64,000 nucleotides of DNA from Macrostomum lignano (Eukaryota), in assembly GCA_002269645.1 (NCBI GenBank), contig NIVC01000987.1:32496-96495 (forward strand), read 5' to 3'. The notes under the pieces are model-generated. The model had not been told where the DNA came from. It searched no databases and was given only the letters and a program-made list of their open reading frames with translations. The stretch's first letter is position 1. Each line of letters starts with the position of its first letter. A program made the position numbers and the translations under genes. Positions 1 to 13,787 of this stretch are shown in pieces.

Positions 1-3000
1 CAGGAAGTTTTCCCGCCGAGGTTTGCCATAGCTTCCCGCAGCGAGGTTTTCCGCAGCGCGGTTTTGGACTACATGTCAAAGGTCTTGTCATTATTTCAAA
101 CGTTTTTCCAAACGTTTTTTTCCAATAAGATCAATTTAACATGAAAAATCGATCAATGCGTCGTTAGAGCAGCATGTGAGGCACAAAATAGTGTGCAGAT
201 TAGAACTTTCTCTGACACTGTTAAGAGACTCAATCACTGTTTTAGTGTTGAAAATCGTGAAATTTCCTATCCGTAAGTGTATTTTCCTGTCTTACTATTT
301 CTGAACGAAAAGCTTTATGAATATCGATAGAGCAATAATAAAGGCACGACATATCAAAAGATGAACACTGGATCTTCCTCCTATCAAAAGCAATAACAAT
401 TTTTGTCTGAAAAAAATTAAAACCTCCTATCTCTGTAGTGTATTTTCGGCGAAAAGTTGCCTTCAAAACATTACCATAAGATTTCGAGTGTTGCGTCCTA
501 TATGTTACTTGAGTAGTCCTTGTTACAGCCTATTCCAAGGCTAATTAATTATGCTGGTAAATAAGTTAGTAAATAAAAAGATAATAATATTAATATTACT
601 ATTACTATTACAAATTACAAGTGAGAGACACAGCGCTTTCCAATTACTTTATCTTCCAAAGTCGTTACTACATTGGACTCAATAATTATCGTGCTTTTTT
701 GCTTTTAGTAAGCAAAAATGCATACAGGTACACTTATTTTTAAAAATAAGTTGCTTAACTTAAACAATTACGCATTGTATCCCCACACTTAGGATAAAAA
801 CAATATCGATGGTTTAATGCATATAGTTCTTAGAAAGTCGCGTAGGTACAAAGCGTCGTCTGGATTTCCTAGAAATGCCCATGCCTGCCCTGTCTGCAGT
901 CTGCATCATGCATTCTGCGTTTCTTGAATCTTAAAATTCATTTATTGCCATGACAGGCTTTTAAAAAATACGGCGTGTGGGAATTGATCATTGATGAACT
1001 GACTGAAATTGCTAGCTATCAATCAGATCATATCAGATATCATCCACTCTCTAAAAGTGGTGTTTTTAAATAATGCATTGGTGAATGACATAAGGCTTTA
1101 AGTCTATCTAGACCCATATTATTGCTTATGCTAATTGAAGGCCTATAACATAGCTACACTATTTCTATAGCCATAGATGATAGCTAAGCTATGCCTATAC
1201 AGCACAGACTGCACAGGCCTATACTATAGATAGAAAGTACAACAAGAGCAGAGCACAAATGACAAATATAGTACTTACTCATGACCTCATGGGTTTGTGC
1301 TGGCTATCTTATATTTTTTAATGTTGAATTTTTTGTGTCATGTCATTAAAAGTTATTTTTTAGGTTAAAAACAATTGTTAGGCCTACTGTTATATTGAAT
1401 TGACTTTTTTGTTTGTAGTAGTAGGCCAGGCCTATTGGACTATGCTATGGAGTATTTTTTTGCATAATTGCATATGATAGAATATAAATATATGCTTTAT
1501 AGGTTTATAAAAATTAAGCTTAAAAAATAAATAAAAATTAATTAACTTTTAAACTTTAACTTTAACCTATGATAATTGCATACCAAAAATTTTTGAGTAT
1601 ATGCTCATACTCTCAAATCTATGCTAGTGTTGCAACAATATATGATATTTTTCTATGCTGCAACAATAAAAGACTTTTTTGGGTTGTGTAAGGGACCCCT
1701 TTTGGCAAATAATTTATTTGATTTTTTGCTTTTTTTGCTTCTACTATTTATTATGCTTATACTATTTATATTATTTATCAATAATTAAAAATTAATACAT
1801 ACAAAGATTTGTTTAAATGCCTTATTACAAGCTTTAAAAACCTGGAAAGCTTGAAATTTATGCTTAAAATGAACTTTTTATATCTTTTTCAATGAACACT
1901 AACTTTTTGATGTGATTCTTTAAGGTACATGCCAAGCCAAGTATGCACTCATACTATTTTCTTAAGAGTGATAACACACCAACTGTGCATGCCTACTTTT
2001 GGTCTAAATTTTAGGCATATACTATATGATTGAGAGTGTGGTATTCATATACTAAGTTATGAATAGTATACTATCTATAGTATTATAGATATAAAAATAA
2101 GTATTTTGAAACCTTAAGTTTTTTATTCTTGGATATTTAAAATATTACAAGTTTTAAAACCCCTATTAGAATAAGTATAAAAAAACCTGTAGATGCACAA
2201 CATTGGGTCTAAAGTTATAGCTAAAAAATGCAATGCAACACAGAATATGTTAATTTTTGCATCAAAAACGGGTGTAGTACTAATTAGATAATGAGGCATT
2301 TAGCCTTAAAAAGACAGTAATAGTTACTCTTGCCATTTACCTAAAAGTCTAAAACTACACCACACTGCAACACTACCTGCATTGACTCTAGCTGCAATGC
2401 AACACTGTGACAGATGGTTAGACACCTTTTGTCCACTTATTCCAATAGGGTTTGAAATGTTAAACTAATTTTACCTAAAGCAATTAACTATATAAAAAAC
2501 AGAAAGCAATAAAAATATTGCTTAATAGCAATAAAAGCTAATGACAATAATAAGAATAAAAGTTCCATGTTGCAGAAATAATTTTTTGGTCTCTATGCTT
2601 TTAAGATAATTGAGATTTGATCAAGATTCAAGATTAAGCCAAATAGCATCTAGTAGGTCTATTTATACTATTCTATCTATCAGTAATAATAGTAATATTG
2701 TTATTTGTTAAATGTGTTTAATGCTGACAATAGAAGGAAAAAGCAATTATTGTTGAGCTTGTTAGTTACTTGATATATATCAAATATAATGATGATAATA
2801 TCATAGTCACCAATAGTGACTTAGTCACAAATCTTGACTTTTTTCAAGATCTTAAAACCAAGATCAAGATTGAGAAAAAAGTACTAAGTTATTGACAATC
2901 AAGATAGAGATCTTGAAGATCTTGTCCAACTCTTATCATAGCCTAGCTGTCTGATATATAGCATTATTATGCTAGTAGCCTTAGCTTAATCTTATGCTTG

Positions 3001-4149
3001 TGCTTATGAGTAGGCCTAAATAGGTATCAATATGCTTGATTGCCTACTCAAGGGGTTGGTAAAACAGGCCATTATGCCTTTTGCTAGTTGTGATAATGTT
3101 AGTTAAAGTGTATAAAGGTGAACATAGACTTTTTGCAAGTCTTGTCTTGAATAAAAAACAATAAAATACTATATAAGAACTACTAGGTATAGTAATAATA
3201 GGTATATATATGTGGTAGCTAAAATATGCTTATAAGATTACTTTAGAAATTTGACAATGCTAACACTATTAATATTGACCTAAAAATCATATTATGACCA
3301 AAGCTTAGATATCTAATAATGATTAAATTGGTAACAAAAATGAGCAATAGATTACCTAAGTAAATGCAATGGACTATATGCTCCCTACGACCCTAACCCT
3401 AGTATACTTTAACTAGCTAGCAAGAGACATTGGTTGGCATGCAAGCACAGAAATATAGAAACAATAGCAGAATACCTTTATTTTATGTTAGGTATGTATA
3501 TATTTTGCTCTGCCTTGCAGGTTGGCCCTTAGGGACAAGAACAAGGGACAATGACATTAAATGCATAAGCAAAGCCAAGCCCAGATTTCAATTTAGGCTT
3601 GTTATTTATTCGAAGGAATCAAGTCGAATTACTGCATTACTACTTAAAAGTAGAAGTGCTAGGATTTTTATTGTTTCTCGATTCTTATCTTTCTGAGTCT
3701 ACGAGTATGCAAGATCTATTTTTGAAGCCTCGGCTTGCACATACTGTTGCGTACAACCAATGTACAATGTAAAGTCTTCCCTAGTTTTTTCTTACCTTCC
3801 CTCTCTATGTACACTTCACCGGTATAAAAGCGAGGGTGTCCCACGACAAAATCAGGCCCCTCTCTCTGCTCTCGGACTTTTTCTCATCGCCTGCAGAGCT
3901 GAGTCCTGAAAAGAGTTTTCTCTATTTTTAGTCTAGCTTCTCTCTCATTGGTTGGCCAATAAGCTTCTATCAGCGCTCATGCTGAACTGTCTGTCTCTCG
4001 TCTTCTAGAGCTGGCTGAAGTGGACAGCACAAGAGTGAGCTGGATCGAACCAGCGTGTCACGTGGCGTATAATCCTGATATAAACCTATTAGTTAGCTTA
4101 AACAATATATTTGATATACGTTAATGTGAGATAGATTAATTGAAATTTG

Positions 4150-4620
4150 AAAGGAAAGGTAATTTGTCTCACTGTCTCTCTCATTTATCCCACTGTCTCT
4201 CGTATTTATCTCACAGTCTCTCATTTATCTCAATGTCTCTCTTAGTTATCTGACAGTCTCACTCATTTATCTCACAGTCTCTCTTAGTTATCTGACAGTC
4301 TCACTCATTTATCTCACAGTCTCTCGTATTTATCTCACTGTCTCTCTTAGTTATCTCACAGTCTCTCATATTTATCTCACTGTCTCTCTTAGTTATCTCA
4401 CAGTCTCTCATATTTATCTCACAGTCTTTCGTATTTATCTCAATGTCTCTCTTAGTTATCTCACAGTCTCTCTTAGTTATCTCACAGTCTCTCTTATTTA
4501 TCTCACAGTCTTTCGTATTTATCTCACAGTCTCTCTTATTTATCTCACAGTCTTTCGTATTTATCTCACACCTCTCTCATTTTTTCACAGTCTCTTGGTT
4601 TTCTCAATGTCTCTCTAATT
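4150..4620. repeat. Minisatellite, ~22-25 bp unit (TATCTCACAGTCTCTCTTAGT-like)
   Basis: Direct tandem repetition; explains spurious ORF 4443-4772. Confidence 0.9.
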
Positions 4621-4949
4621 TATCTTACTTTCTCTCCTTCGTTACATGTGCCACTTTATCTCCTACATTATCTGCGCAGCTGTCTGCATTTTATTTTAGT
4701 CTGTGTACAGTTATAATAAGTTCTAAAGTTCTTTCTGTCCTTGGAATTTCGGTTTCTTTCTACAGCAATTAATTTCTTGAACTAGCTTTTAAGCTTAAGA
4801 TTTAAAGTTTCTAAGAGTAATCAGTACGTTTGTATGGCAGTTTAGTTACTTTAAGTCTGCTGTGTTTTTTATAATTGAAATTGCAAATTAGTACTCGACA
4901 TTCGTATTGTCAAGGACTAGTAACAGTTGTTATTCGGAATAGTTATTTG

Positions 4950-5194
4950 GTTGATTGATTACACCTGCCCCAATGGGCAGCTGAAGGCTGCGTACGGCTG
5001 TTCAGTCCAAGGACTTGGGGGGGGGGTCAATTACCCCCGATAATGCTGGCACCCATTTTACAGCTGGGGTGAACTGAAGCAATATAGAGTTAAATGTCTT
5101 GCTCAAGGACACATATTATTTCAGTGGAGTCAGGAATCGAACCCCCGACCTTCAAGTCGTGAGTCCAACGCTCTGACCACTAGGCTACAGCCCT
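4950..5194 (-). mobile_element. tRNA-derived CORE-type SINE
   Basis: Minus strand: tRNA-like head GGGCTGTAGCCTAGTGG (A box) ... GGTTCGATTCC (B box), then TGTGTCCTTGAGCAAGACATTTAACTCT..TTGCTTCAGTTCACCCCAGCTGTAAAATGGG, matching the MIR/CORE domain pattern, and an (AATC)n-like tail. Confidence 0.8.
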
Positions 5195-5719
5195 CTCAGC
5201 TCAGAACTCATGCTTTGTTTTTGTGAGTTTATTATTAATTCAAATTTTGATTACATTATTTGGATAATAATATCTATGTACTTAGCACAATATTTGCAAA
5301 CACAATTATATGGTTTTTGAATGATAGTGTTTATATAATTGGGAACAATTATCCTTATTGAGTTTTTGGATGATTGCGTTTATATGATTTAGGATCCTTG
5401 TGTTTATATTGTGACACTACAGCCAGATCGCAACTACAGAACACGAGATAACTGAGCCTTGAAGGTCGCATCTAGAGACGTGATCAGGCCGTCCCTAATT
5501 TCCTCAGACCCTGTGTCCACACAGAGGAATACTCACTAATTGCTGTCTTGAGCCAGTGCTTCGTTTGATAACTGGGGCAGTGCAAGGCTGGGCCCACCGC
5601 CAATTTATTTCTACATTATTTCATTCTCATAACCCCAAATCCCTAGGGTACACAGACTGGGGTTATTAACTCACTTCTGAGTGTAGAGGTAATTCCAATC
5701 AGGACTGGATACGCGACAT

Positions 5720-6345
5720 TGTGTTTATTGTATTTGGGGTCATTGTGTTTAAAATGATAAGGGATCATTGTGTTTATATGATTAGGGTTCATTGTGTTTA
5801 TATGATTAGGGGATCATTGTGTTTATATGATTAGGGTTCATTGTTTTTATGATTGGGGATCATTGTGTTTATATGATTAGGGTTCATTGTTTTTATGATT
5901 GGGGATCATTGTGTTTATATGATTGGGCGATCATTGTGTTATATGATTGAGGGATCATTGTGTTTATATGATTAGGGATCATTGTGTTTATATGATTGAG
6001 GGATCATTGTGTTTATATGATTAGGGATCATTGTGTTTATATTATTGGGGGATCATTGTGTTTTGTAGGGTTAGTAGTGTTTATTGGGTTTGGGAATCAT
6101 TGTGTTTATTGGGTTTAGGAATCATTCTGTTTATTGGGTTTAGGAATCATTGTGTTTATTTGGGTTTAGGAATCATTGTGTTTATTGGGTTTAGGAATCA
6201 TTGTGTTTATTGGGTTTAGGAATCATTCTGTTTATTGGGTTTAGGAATCATTGTGTTTATTGGGTTTAGGAATCATTGTGTTTATTGGGTTTAGGAATCA
6301 TTGTGTTTATTGGGTTTAGGAATCATTGTGTTTATTGGGTTTGGG
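5720..6345. repeat. Minisatellite, ~24 bp unit (ATCATTGTGTTTATATGATTAGGG / AATCATTGTGTTTATTGGGTTTAGG)
   Basis: Tandem repetition with two unit variants. Confidence 0.9.
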
Positions 6346-6470
6346 ATCCAATTAAAATAATCAGATTACAGCAATTTATAAACATATGCAATACTTTCGT
6401 AAAATATTTCAGCTTTAATTCCCATAATAAAGTTGTTTAACTAAAAAGCTTAAAAACACAAAAAAGCATC

Positions 6471-7593
6471 ATGGCTACCGTGGTGTTCCACTGGTTGGAC
6501 TATCTGATATTTGCTCTAGTCCTGCTGATATCGGCTAGTATTGGTATTGCATACCACAGGCAGAGGTCATCTAAGGACATATTTCTCGGCTCAAGACAGA
6601 TGACACTGATGCCTGTGACATTCTCAGTCATGGCTTCCTTCATATCGGCGATTTCTATTCTTGGCACTACTGCGGAAGTTTACCAGTCAGGAGTGCAGTA
6701 CATCATATTGGGGATCAGCTATTTTCTAGCTTTCCCAATCACGGCAGAGGTGTACATGCCGGTGCTGTATCGGAATCGAGTGCTCACTGCTCAGCACTAT
6801 CTGGAGTTGAGATTCAGTTCGGCAGTTCGCACCGCAGCTTCCATAGTGTTCTGCATCCAGATGTTCTTCTATCAGGCTGTGGTGCTGTACGCCTCGGCCA
6901 TCACATTTCAACAGGTCACTGGTCTGTCATTCCCGCTCACAATGGTACTCACTGGAGTCGTCTGCACTTTCTACACAGCTCTAGGCGGTATTAAAGCGGT
7001 GATGTGGACCGATCTAGTGCAAATGATCATTGTATTTGTAGCCTTCTGTACTTTAGTTGTCATGGCAACTATGGAAGTTGGCGGTTTCGAACGCGTATTC
7101 GAGATGGCTGCTGCTGGTGACCGTTTGAACTTTTTCAACTTTAATCCCGATCCAACTGTGAGACACAGCTTCTGGACTTTGCTGTTTGGCGGCACCGGGA
7201 TGTGCCTCACTATCTACTCGGCTAATCAGGTAATTAGTTGCGTATTTTGTGAGAAGTTTTTTTCAACTCTATGATTATTAGCATTAGACTTGAATACTAC
7301 CCTGATACGTATTAGCTATTTATAGAATGCATGAATGAATTAATCTATTGATTGATTAATCAACCCAATCATCAATAAGCTTATCGACAAACCAATTAAA
7401 CCAAGAAGTTAATCAATTATTAAATTAAACAACCCAGTCTAAATAGATTTTTTAAATTAACAAAAGGAATAAACTAATTAATCAATTAATCAATTAGACA
7501 AACAATCAATCAATCAATAAATCAATCAAACAAACAACTAATCAATCAATCAATCGATCGATCGATCAATCAAAAAATTATTCAACCAATCAG

Positions 7594-7641
<48 letters not shown>

Positions 7642-7692
7642 GCAATCAATCAATCAATCAATCCATCAATCAATCAATCCATCAACCAATCC

Positions 7693-7750
<58 letters not shown>

Positions 7751-7945
7751 TTATTAAACAATCAATCAGTCAATCAATAAAGCAATCAAATCAATCCATC
7801 AACCAATCCATCAATTAATCAATCCATCAGTCAATCAATCAATTTATCAAACAATCAATCAATCAATAAAGCAATCAATCAATCCATCAACCAATCCATC
7901 AATTAATCAATCTATCAATCAATCCATCAATTAATTAATCCATCA

Positions 7946-8036
<91 letters not shown>

Positions 8037-8037
8037 A

Positions 8038-8072
<35 letters not shown>

Positions 8073-8081
8073 CATCAATCA

Positions 8082-8112
<31 letters not shown>

Positions 8113-9243
8113 AAACAATCAATCAATCAATCGCGCCGCACAAAACTGCAGGCCCAGCTGCAGCGCTACCTGAGCTGCTCAACCGAGTCAGTAGCCAGAC
8201 GAGCCATCTACCTGCAGATGCCGCTCACATTTCTGTTCCTCTGCTTCCTCTGCCTGGCCGGTTTAGTTATCTACGCTTTCTACTCGGACTGCGACCCCCT
8301 GCTGTCAGGGGATATTGTGAAACGCGACCAGCTCCTACCGGCTCTGGTGGTTCGCCTGTTCTCAGCCCGACCCGGTGTCACCGGTTTATTCGTGTCCTGC
8401 ATCTTCTCAGCCTCCCTCAGCACCGTATCGTCCGGTATTAATAGCTTAAGCTCGGTAGTGCTGGAAGATCTAATTAAGCCTTGGCAACCGAATTTAACCG
8501 AACGAGCCGCCGGATGGGCTGCTAGAGTGCTGGCTGTTGTACTCGGCTTGAGCACTGTGGGCATTGGCTTCCTAGCAACTAATCTGCCAGCCACTGTGCT
8601 GCAGATTGTGCTCAGCCTGTTCGGCATTGTTGGCGGCCCACTGTTGGCTGTGTTCAGTCTGGGCATCCTGGTGCCCTGGTGCAATCGCTACGGCGCTCTG
8701 ACCGGGTTGCTAGCCAGCTTAGCAACCACTCTCGGCTTCAGCATTGCCGCCCTGATCGACCCGCCACCCCCGGATCATCGGGTATTCGGCACTGAGGGCT
8801 GCTATAATGGAACAGATGCTAGCAACTACACTATTAGCACCGAGCACTACTCTAACTGGACTGTTACTACCGCTTCCTTGGTTGCTAGGCAACGGCCAGT
8901 TCATTGGCTATCATATTTATACTACACTCCGTTGGCACTGTTGGTTGCTATGGCAACGGGATTAGCTGTTAGCGCTCTGACTGGATTTAATCGCGCTAAA
9001 CCTGTTTCGCTGGAACTGCTGCATCCGCGAGTCTGGCGCCTGGCAGCTGCTGGATCTGTCCAGGTGGCAACCGTTGATGATGAGGCTGCTGCTGCTGAGC
9101 CTGCTGGCGAAGCTGGGACGGCTCAGTCAGAGTCTATCATCCCAACTACAAAGTCTGAGCACACTCCCTTGAATATGGAACTCGAGTTCAGTAGCAGACA
9201 CTCGGCTGTGCACGGAACTGTTGATTTGATGAACCAGAAATAA
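6471..9243 (+). CDS. SLC5 sodium:solute symporter (SMVT/SMCT, SLC5A6/A8-like), 2 exons, ~616 aa
   Basis: Exons 6471-7229 (CAG|gtaatt) and 8152-9243 (ctgcag|GCC), phase 0. SSS motifs LDYLIF, PVTFSVMASFISAISILG, YLELRFS, YTALGGIKAVMWTD, NQ-AQLQRYL, SLSTVSSGINSL, GGPLLAVFSLG. Confidence 0.95.
7490..8130. repeat. (AATC)n/(ATCT)n microsatellite in the SLC5 intron
   Basis: Direct tetranucleotide repeats. Confidence 0.95.
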
Positions 9244-9424
9244 ACTGCTTTTTGTGCTCAGTCTGTTGTGAATTCTCTTTCTGTTTATACTGCCCATCAA
9301 CTAATTGTTGTTTTGTAGGCAAGTGGAAAGGTCATTTCTTTTCTCATTCAAACCAATGGGCTTTTGCCAAGTCTTTGCTGTTGTGCTTCTTCTAAGCTGC
9401 TTTTCTATTTTTTCTCTGTTCATA

Positions 9425-10200
9425 TCCTCCCTTCTCTCCCTTCTCTTCTCCCTTCTCTTTTCCCTTCTCTCCTCCCTTCCCTGCTCCCTTCTCTGCTCCC
9501 TTCTCTGCTCCCTTCTCTGCTCCCTTCTCTGCTCCCTTCTCTGATCCCTTCTCTCCTCCTCTGCTCCCTTCTCTGCTCCCTTCTCTCCCTTCTCTCCTCC
9601 CTTCTCTCCTCCCTTCTCTCCCTTCTCTCTTCCCTTCTCTCCTCCCTTCTCTCCCTTCTCTGCTCCCTTCTCTCTTCCCTTCTCTCCCTTCTCTGCTCCC
9701 TTCTCTCTTCCCTTCTCTCCCTTCTCTGCTCCCTTCTCTCTTCCCTTCTCTCCTCCCTTCTCTCCCTTCTCTGCTCCCTTCTCTCTTCCCTTCTCTCCCT
9801 TCTCTGCTCCCTTCTCTGCTCCCTTCACTTCTCCCTTCTCTCTTCCCTTCTCTCCCTTCTCTGCTCCCTTCTCTCTTCCCTTCTCTCCCTTCTCTGCTCC
9901 CTTCTCTCTTCCCTTCTCTCCCTTCTCTGCTCCCTTCTCTCTTCCCTTCTCTCCTCCCTTCTCTCCCTTCTCTGCTCCCTTCTCTCCCTTCTCTCCTCCC
10001 TTCTCTCCTCCCTTCTCTCCCTTCTCTCCTCCCTTCTCTCCCTTCTCTCCTCCTCTGCTCCCTTCTCTGCTCCCTTCTCTCCCTTCTCTCCTCCCTTCTC
10101 TCCCTTCTCTCCTCCCTTCTCTCCTTTCTCTTCTCTCTTTTTTCCTGCCTTCTCCCCCCTTCCTTCCTTCCTTCTCTCTCTTCTCTCCCCCTTCTCTTTC
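9425..10200. repeat. CT-rich low-complexity tandem array (CTCCCTTCTCT-like)
   Basis: Direct repetition; source of ORFs 9301-10413. Confidence 0.95.
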
Positions 10201-10759
10201 GCTTCTCCACTTCATTTCCCTGCATGGTTTATCATTAACTCGTATTTGCAATGGACCATTTTTATGTCGAGTATAGTTTCAGTTTTGAACTATTCAGGAA
10301 CAACTAATTATACTTCAACCTATAAAAACAATAAAAAGCATAATTTATTTATATTCTTTTTTTATTCAGCGCCTGTTTTTTGTATTTTGTTTCATTGTAT
10401 TGATGTGTATTGATACAGGCCCAAAATATTTAGATGCTGAGGTGCGTCTGTGCTCAGCCCCGGGCCTTGAGAGTTTTGTGTTGTGCAAGCTTCATCTATT
10501 TTGAAATCCTTGTTTTCTCTGCTAACTTTCGACCAACACCTAATTTATAACGTTTCTTTTCCAATTTTATCACATACACCAGTTCCATGCTACTTACAGT
10601 AAGTAGTTTAGCTAGCTGTTTTGTAGGAATCTCTGGAATTCATATTGTTTTTAACGATTAATTTTTAATTGATTGGAGATCAGTGTTTTTATAGTCACCT
10701 CCACCTTGATTTTTCTCGCGCTCTGATAATGTTTTTTGAGATTATAATGTTCTCAGATA

Positions 10760-11600
10760 ATCTAACCCTGAGATTTTTGCATCCTGAGATTTCTTAAAGC
10801 TCTGAAAATTCCTCTCCTGAGATTTCCCTAATCTCGGAGAACCGTCCTCCAGAGATTTCCCTAATCTTGGAGAATCCCTCTCCTGAATTTTCCCTAATCT
10901 CGGAGAATCCCTCTCCTGAGATTTCCCTAACCTTAGAGAATCCCCCTCCTGAGATTTCCCTAATCTCGGAGAATCCCCATCCTGAGATTTCCCTAACCTT
11001 GAAGAATCCCCCTCCTGAGAGTTTCCTAATCTCGGAGAATCCCCCTCTTGAGATTTCCCTAACCTCGGAGAATCTCTACCTGAGATTTCCCTAATCTCGG
11101 AGAATCCCCATCCTGAGATTTCCCTAACCTTGAAGAATCCCCCTCCTGAGAGTTTCCTAATCTCGGAGAATCCCCCTCTTGAGATTTCCCTAACCTCGGA
11201 GAATCTCTACCTGAGATTTCCCTAATCTCGGAGAATCCCCCTCCTGAGATTTCCCTAATCTCGAAGAATTCCTCTCCTGAGATTTCCCTAATCTCGGAGA
11301 ATCCCCCTCCTGAGATTTCCCTAATCTCGGAGAATCCCCCTCCTGAGATTTCCCTAATCTCGAAGAATTCCTCTCCTGAGATTTCCCTAATCTCGGAGAA
11401 TCCCCCTCCTGAGATTTCCCTAATCTCGGAGAATCCCCCTCCTGAGATTTCCCTAATCTCGGAGAATCCCCCTCCTGAGATTTCCCTAATCTCGGAGAAT
11501 CCCCCTCCTGAGATTTCCCTAATCTCGGAGAATCCCCCTCCTGAGATTTCCCTAATCTCGAAGAATTCCTCTCCTGAGATTTCCCTAATGTCGGAGAATC
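10760..11600. repeat. 33-bp minisatellite (CTGAGATTTCCCTAATCTCGGAGAATCCCCCTC)
   Basis: About 25 tandem copies. Confidence 0.95.
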
Positions 11601-12229
11601 TCTTGTCTGAGTTCTGAGGCTAAGAAGATTTTCTAAGAATCTGTTAGCCTAATTTTGCACTTTAATTTTTCTAATAATTTTAATTCTTCGGAACAAACAA
11701 TTGTTTTAAAGCTGCTCAATTAGATAAATTAGTATTTTGTAGTTAGATTTTATTTGCACGTCTTTCTCTGTTGTTCTTATTAATTTCGATTGTTTTGATT
11801 AACTTTGAAATTTAAATTTAAAATCTCACTTAGTTTTGTGTTGAATGAGCAGTCCAAAGACCATGGTAAATATTTTCGAGTAGATCTATTTTTGGTTTCT
11901 TAGAAAGGGTACAAAATTACTTTAGCTACTTAGTAAGTTGTAAGTGAGCATAGTCTTTTGGCTGTTTACCTTTATAAATTTGTGTTGAAAGCTTTCTTAG
12001 AGTTAATTTACTTTGAGAACTTTTGATAAGTTAGCTATTCATCGGCTTGAATCATTGAGCTCATTTTCCACTCATCTTTTATAACTGATTTGAATGGCAA
12101 TATACTATTAACCATCTTTCACACTACTATAAAATTACAACGATTTTTAACTTTGAATTGGTTTTTAATATACAAACATTTCATCGTTTTAATTTTCATC
12201 GAATTGAAATTTTCTTTTACTTATAACAG

Positions 12230-13555
12230 CATTTGGAGCAGGTGATTACCGTGTGTAATTGGTGTGGAATGGTGGGTGGTGTTGCTCAATTGCAGCAGAT
12301 GATTACCGTGTCTAATTGGTGTGGAATGGTGGGTGGTGTTGCTCAATTGCAGCAGGTGATTACCGTGTCTAATTGGTGTGGAATGGTGGGTGGTGTTGCT
12401 CAATTGCAGCAGGTGTTTACCGTGTCTAATTGGTGTGGAATGGTGGGTGGTGTTGCTCAATTGCAGCAGGTACTTACCGTGTGTAATTGGTGTGGAATGG
12501 TGGGTGTTGGTGCCTGAATTGCAGCAGGTGGTTACCGTGTCTAATTGGTGTGGAATGGTGGGTGTTGTTGCCTGAATTGCAGCAGGTACTTACCGTGTCT
12601 AATTGGTGTGGAATGGTGGGTGTTGTTGCCTGAATTGCAGCAGGTGGTTACCGTGTGTAATTGGTGTGGAATGGTGGGTGTTGGTGCCTGAATTGCAGCA
12701 GGTGGTTACCGTGTCTAATTGGTGTGGAATGGTGGGTGGTGTTGCTCAATTGCAGCAGGTGATTACCGTGTCTAATTGGTGTGGAATGGTGGGTGTTGTT
12801 GCCTGAATTGCAGCAGGTACTTACCGTGTGTAATTGGTGTGGAATGGTGGGTGTTGGTGCCTGAATTGCAGCAGGTGGTTACCGTGTCTAATTGGTGTGG
12901 AATGGTGGGTGTTGTTGCCTGAATTGCAGCAGGTACTTACCGTGTCTAATTGGTGTGGAATGGTGGGTGTTGTTGCCTGAATTGCAGCAGGTGGTTACCG
13001 TGTGTAATTGGTGTGGAATGGTGGGTGTTGGTGCCTGAATTGCAGCAGGTGGTTACCGTGTCTAATTGGTGTGGAATGGTGGGTGTTGTTGCCTGAATTG
13101 CAGCAGGTACTTACCGTGTCTAATTGGTGTGGAATGGTGGGTGTTGGTGCCTGAATTGCAGCAGGTGGTTACCGTGTCTAATTGGTGTGGAATGGTGGGT
13201 GTTGTTGCTCAGTTGCATCAGGTGATCCCTCTTTCTCCATTCATAACCGTGTCTAATTGGTGTGGAATGGTGGGTGTTGGTGCCTGAATTGCAGCAGGTG
13301 GTTACCGTGTGTAATTGGTGTGGAATGGTGGGTGTTGGTGCCTGAATTGCAGCAGGTGGTTACCGTGTGTAATTGGTGTGGAATGGTGGGTGTTGGTGCC
13401 TGAATTGCAGCAGGTGGTTACCGTGTCTAATTGGTGTTGAATGGTGGGTGTTGGTGCCTGAATTGCAGCAGGTGGTTACCGTGTGTAATTGGTGTTGAAT
13501 GGTGGGTGGTGTTGCTCAATTGCAGCAGGTGATTACCGTGTGTAATTGGGTGGAA
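12230..13555. repeat. 57/58-bp minisatellite (GCAGCAGGTGGTTACCGTGTCTAATTGGTGTGGAATGGTGGGTGTT...)
   Basis: Tandem copies of two length variants, no unique spacers. Confidence 0.95.
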
Positions 13556-13787
13556 TGGAGGGCGTCAGACGTAATATTACCAAAGATCTCATAAGGCAAA
13601 CAACAAATTTGCTTTCATTTTTGTGACTGAAGTATAAAATTATACGTTATTAATTAACAAAAATGCACTGATAATTGAGTTGAAAATAAAAATGAATAAT
13701 CTGTCAGGCGCTTTATCAATATAAACTTTTAAACAGACGATCTCACTGGACTAATTATAGAATTAGTCTGCTTTGAAGCCGTCAGTT

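Noticed and set aside
3745-4105. LTR-like segment with TATAAAAG and a TGGCG PBS-like word
   Set aside because: Termini not convincingly TG..CA, and no TSD or second LTR.
12230-13555. CRISPR-like regular repeat array
   Set aside because: Units abut with no unique spacers, there are no cas genes, and the context is eukaryotic.
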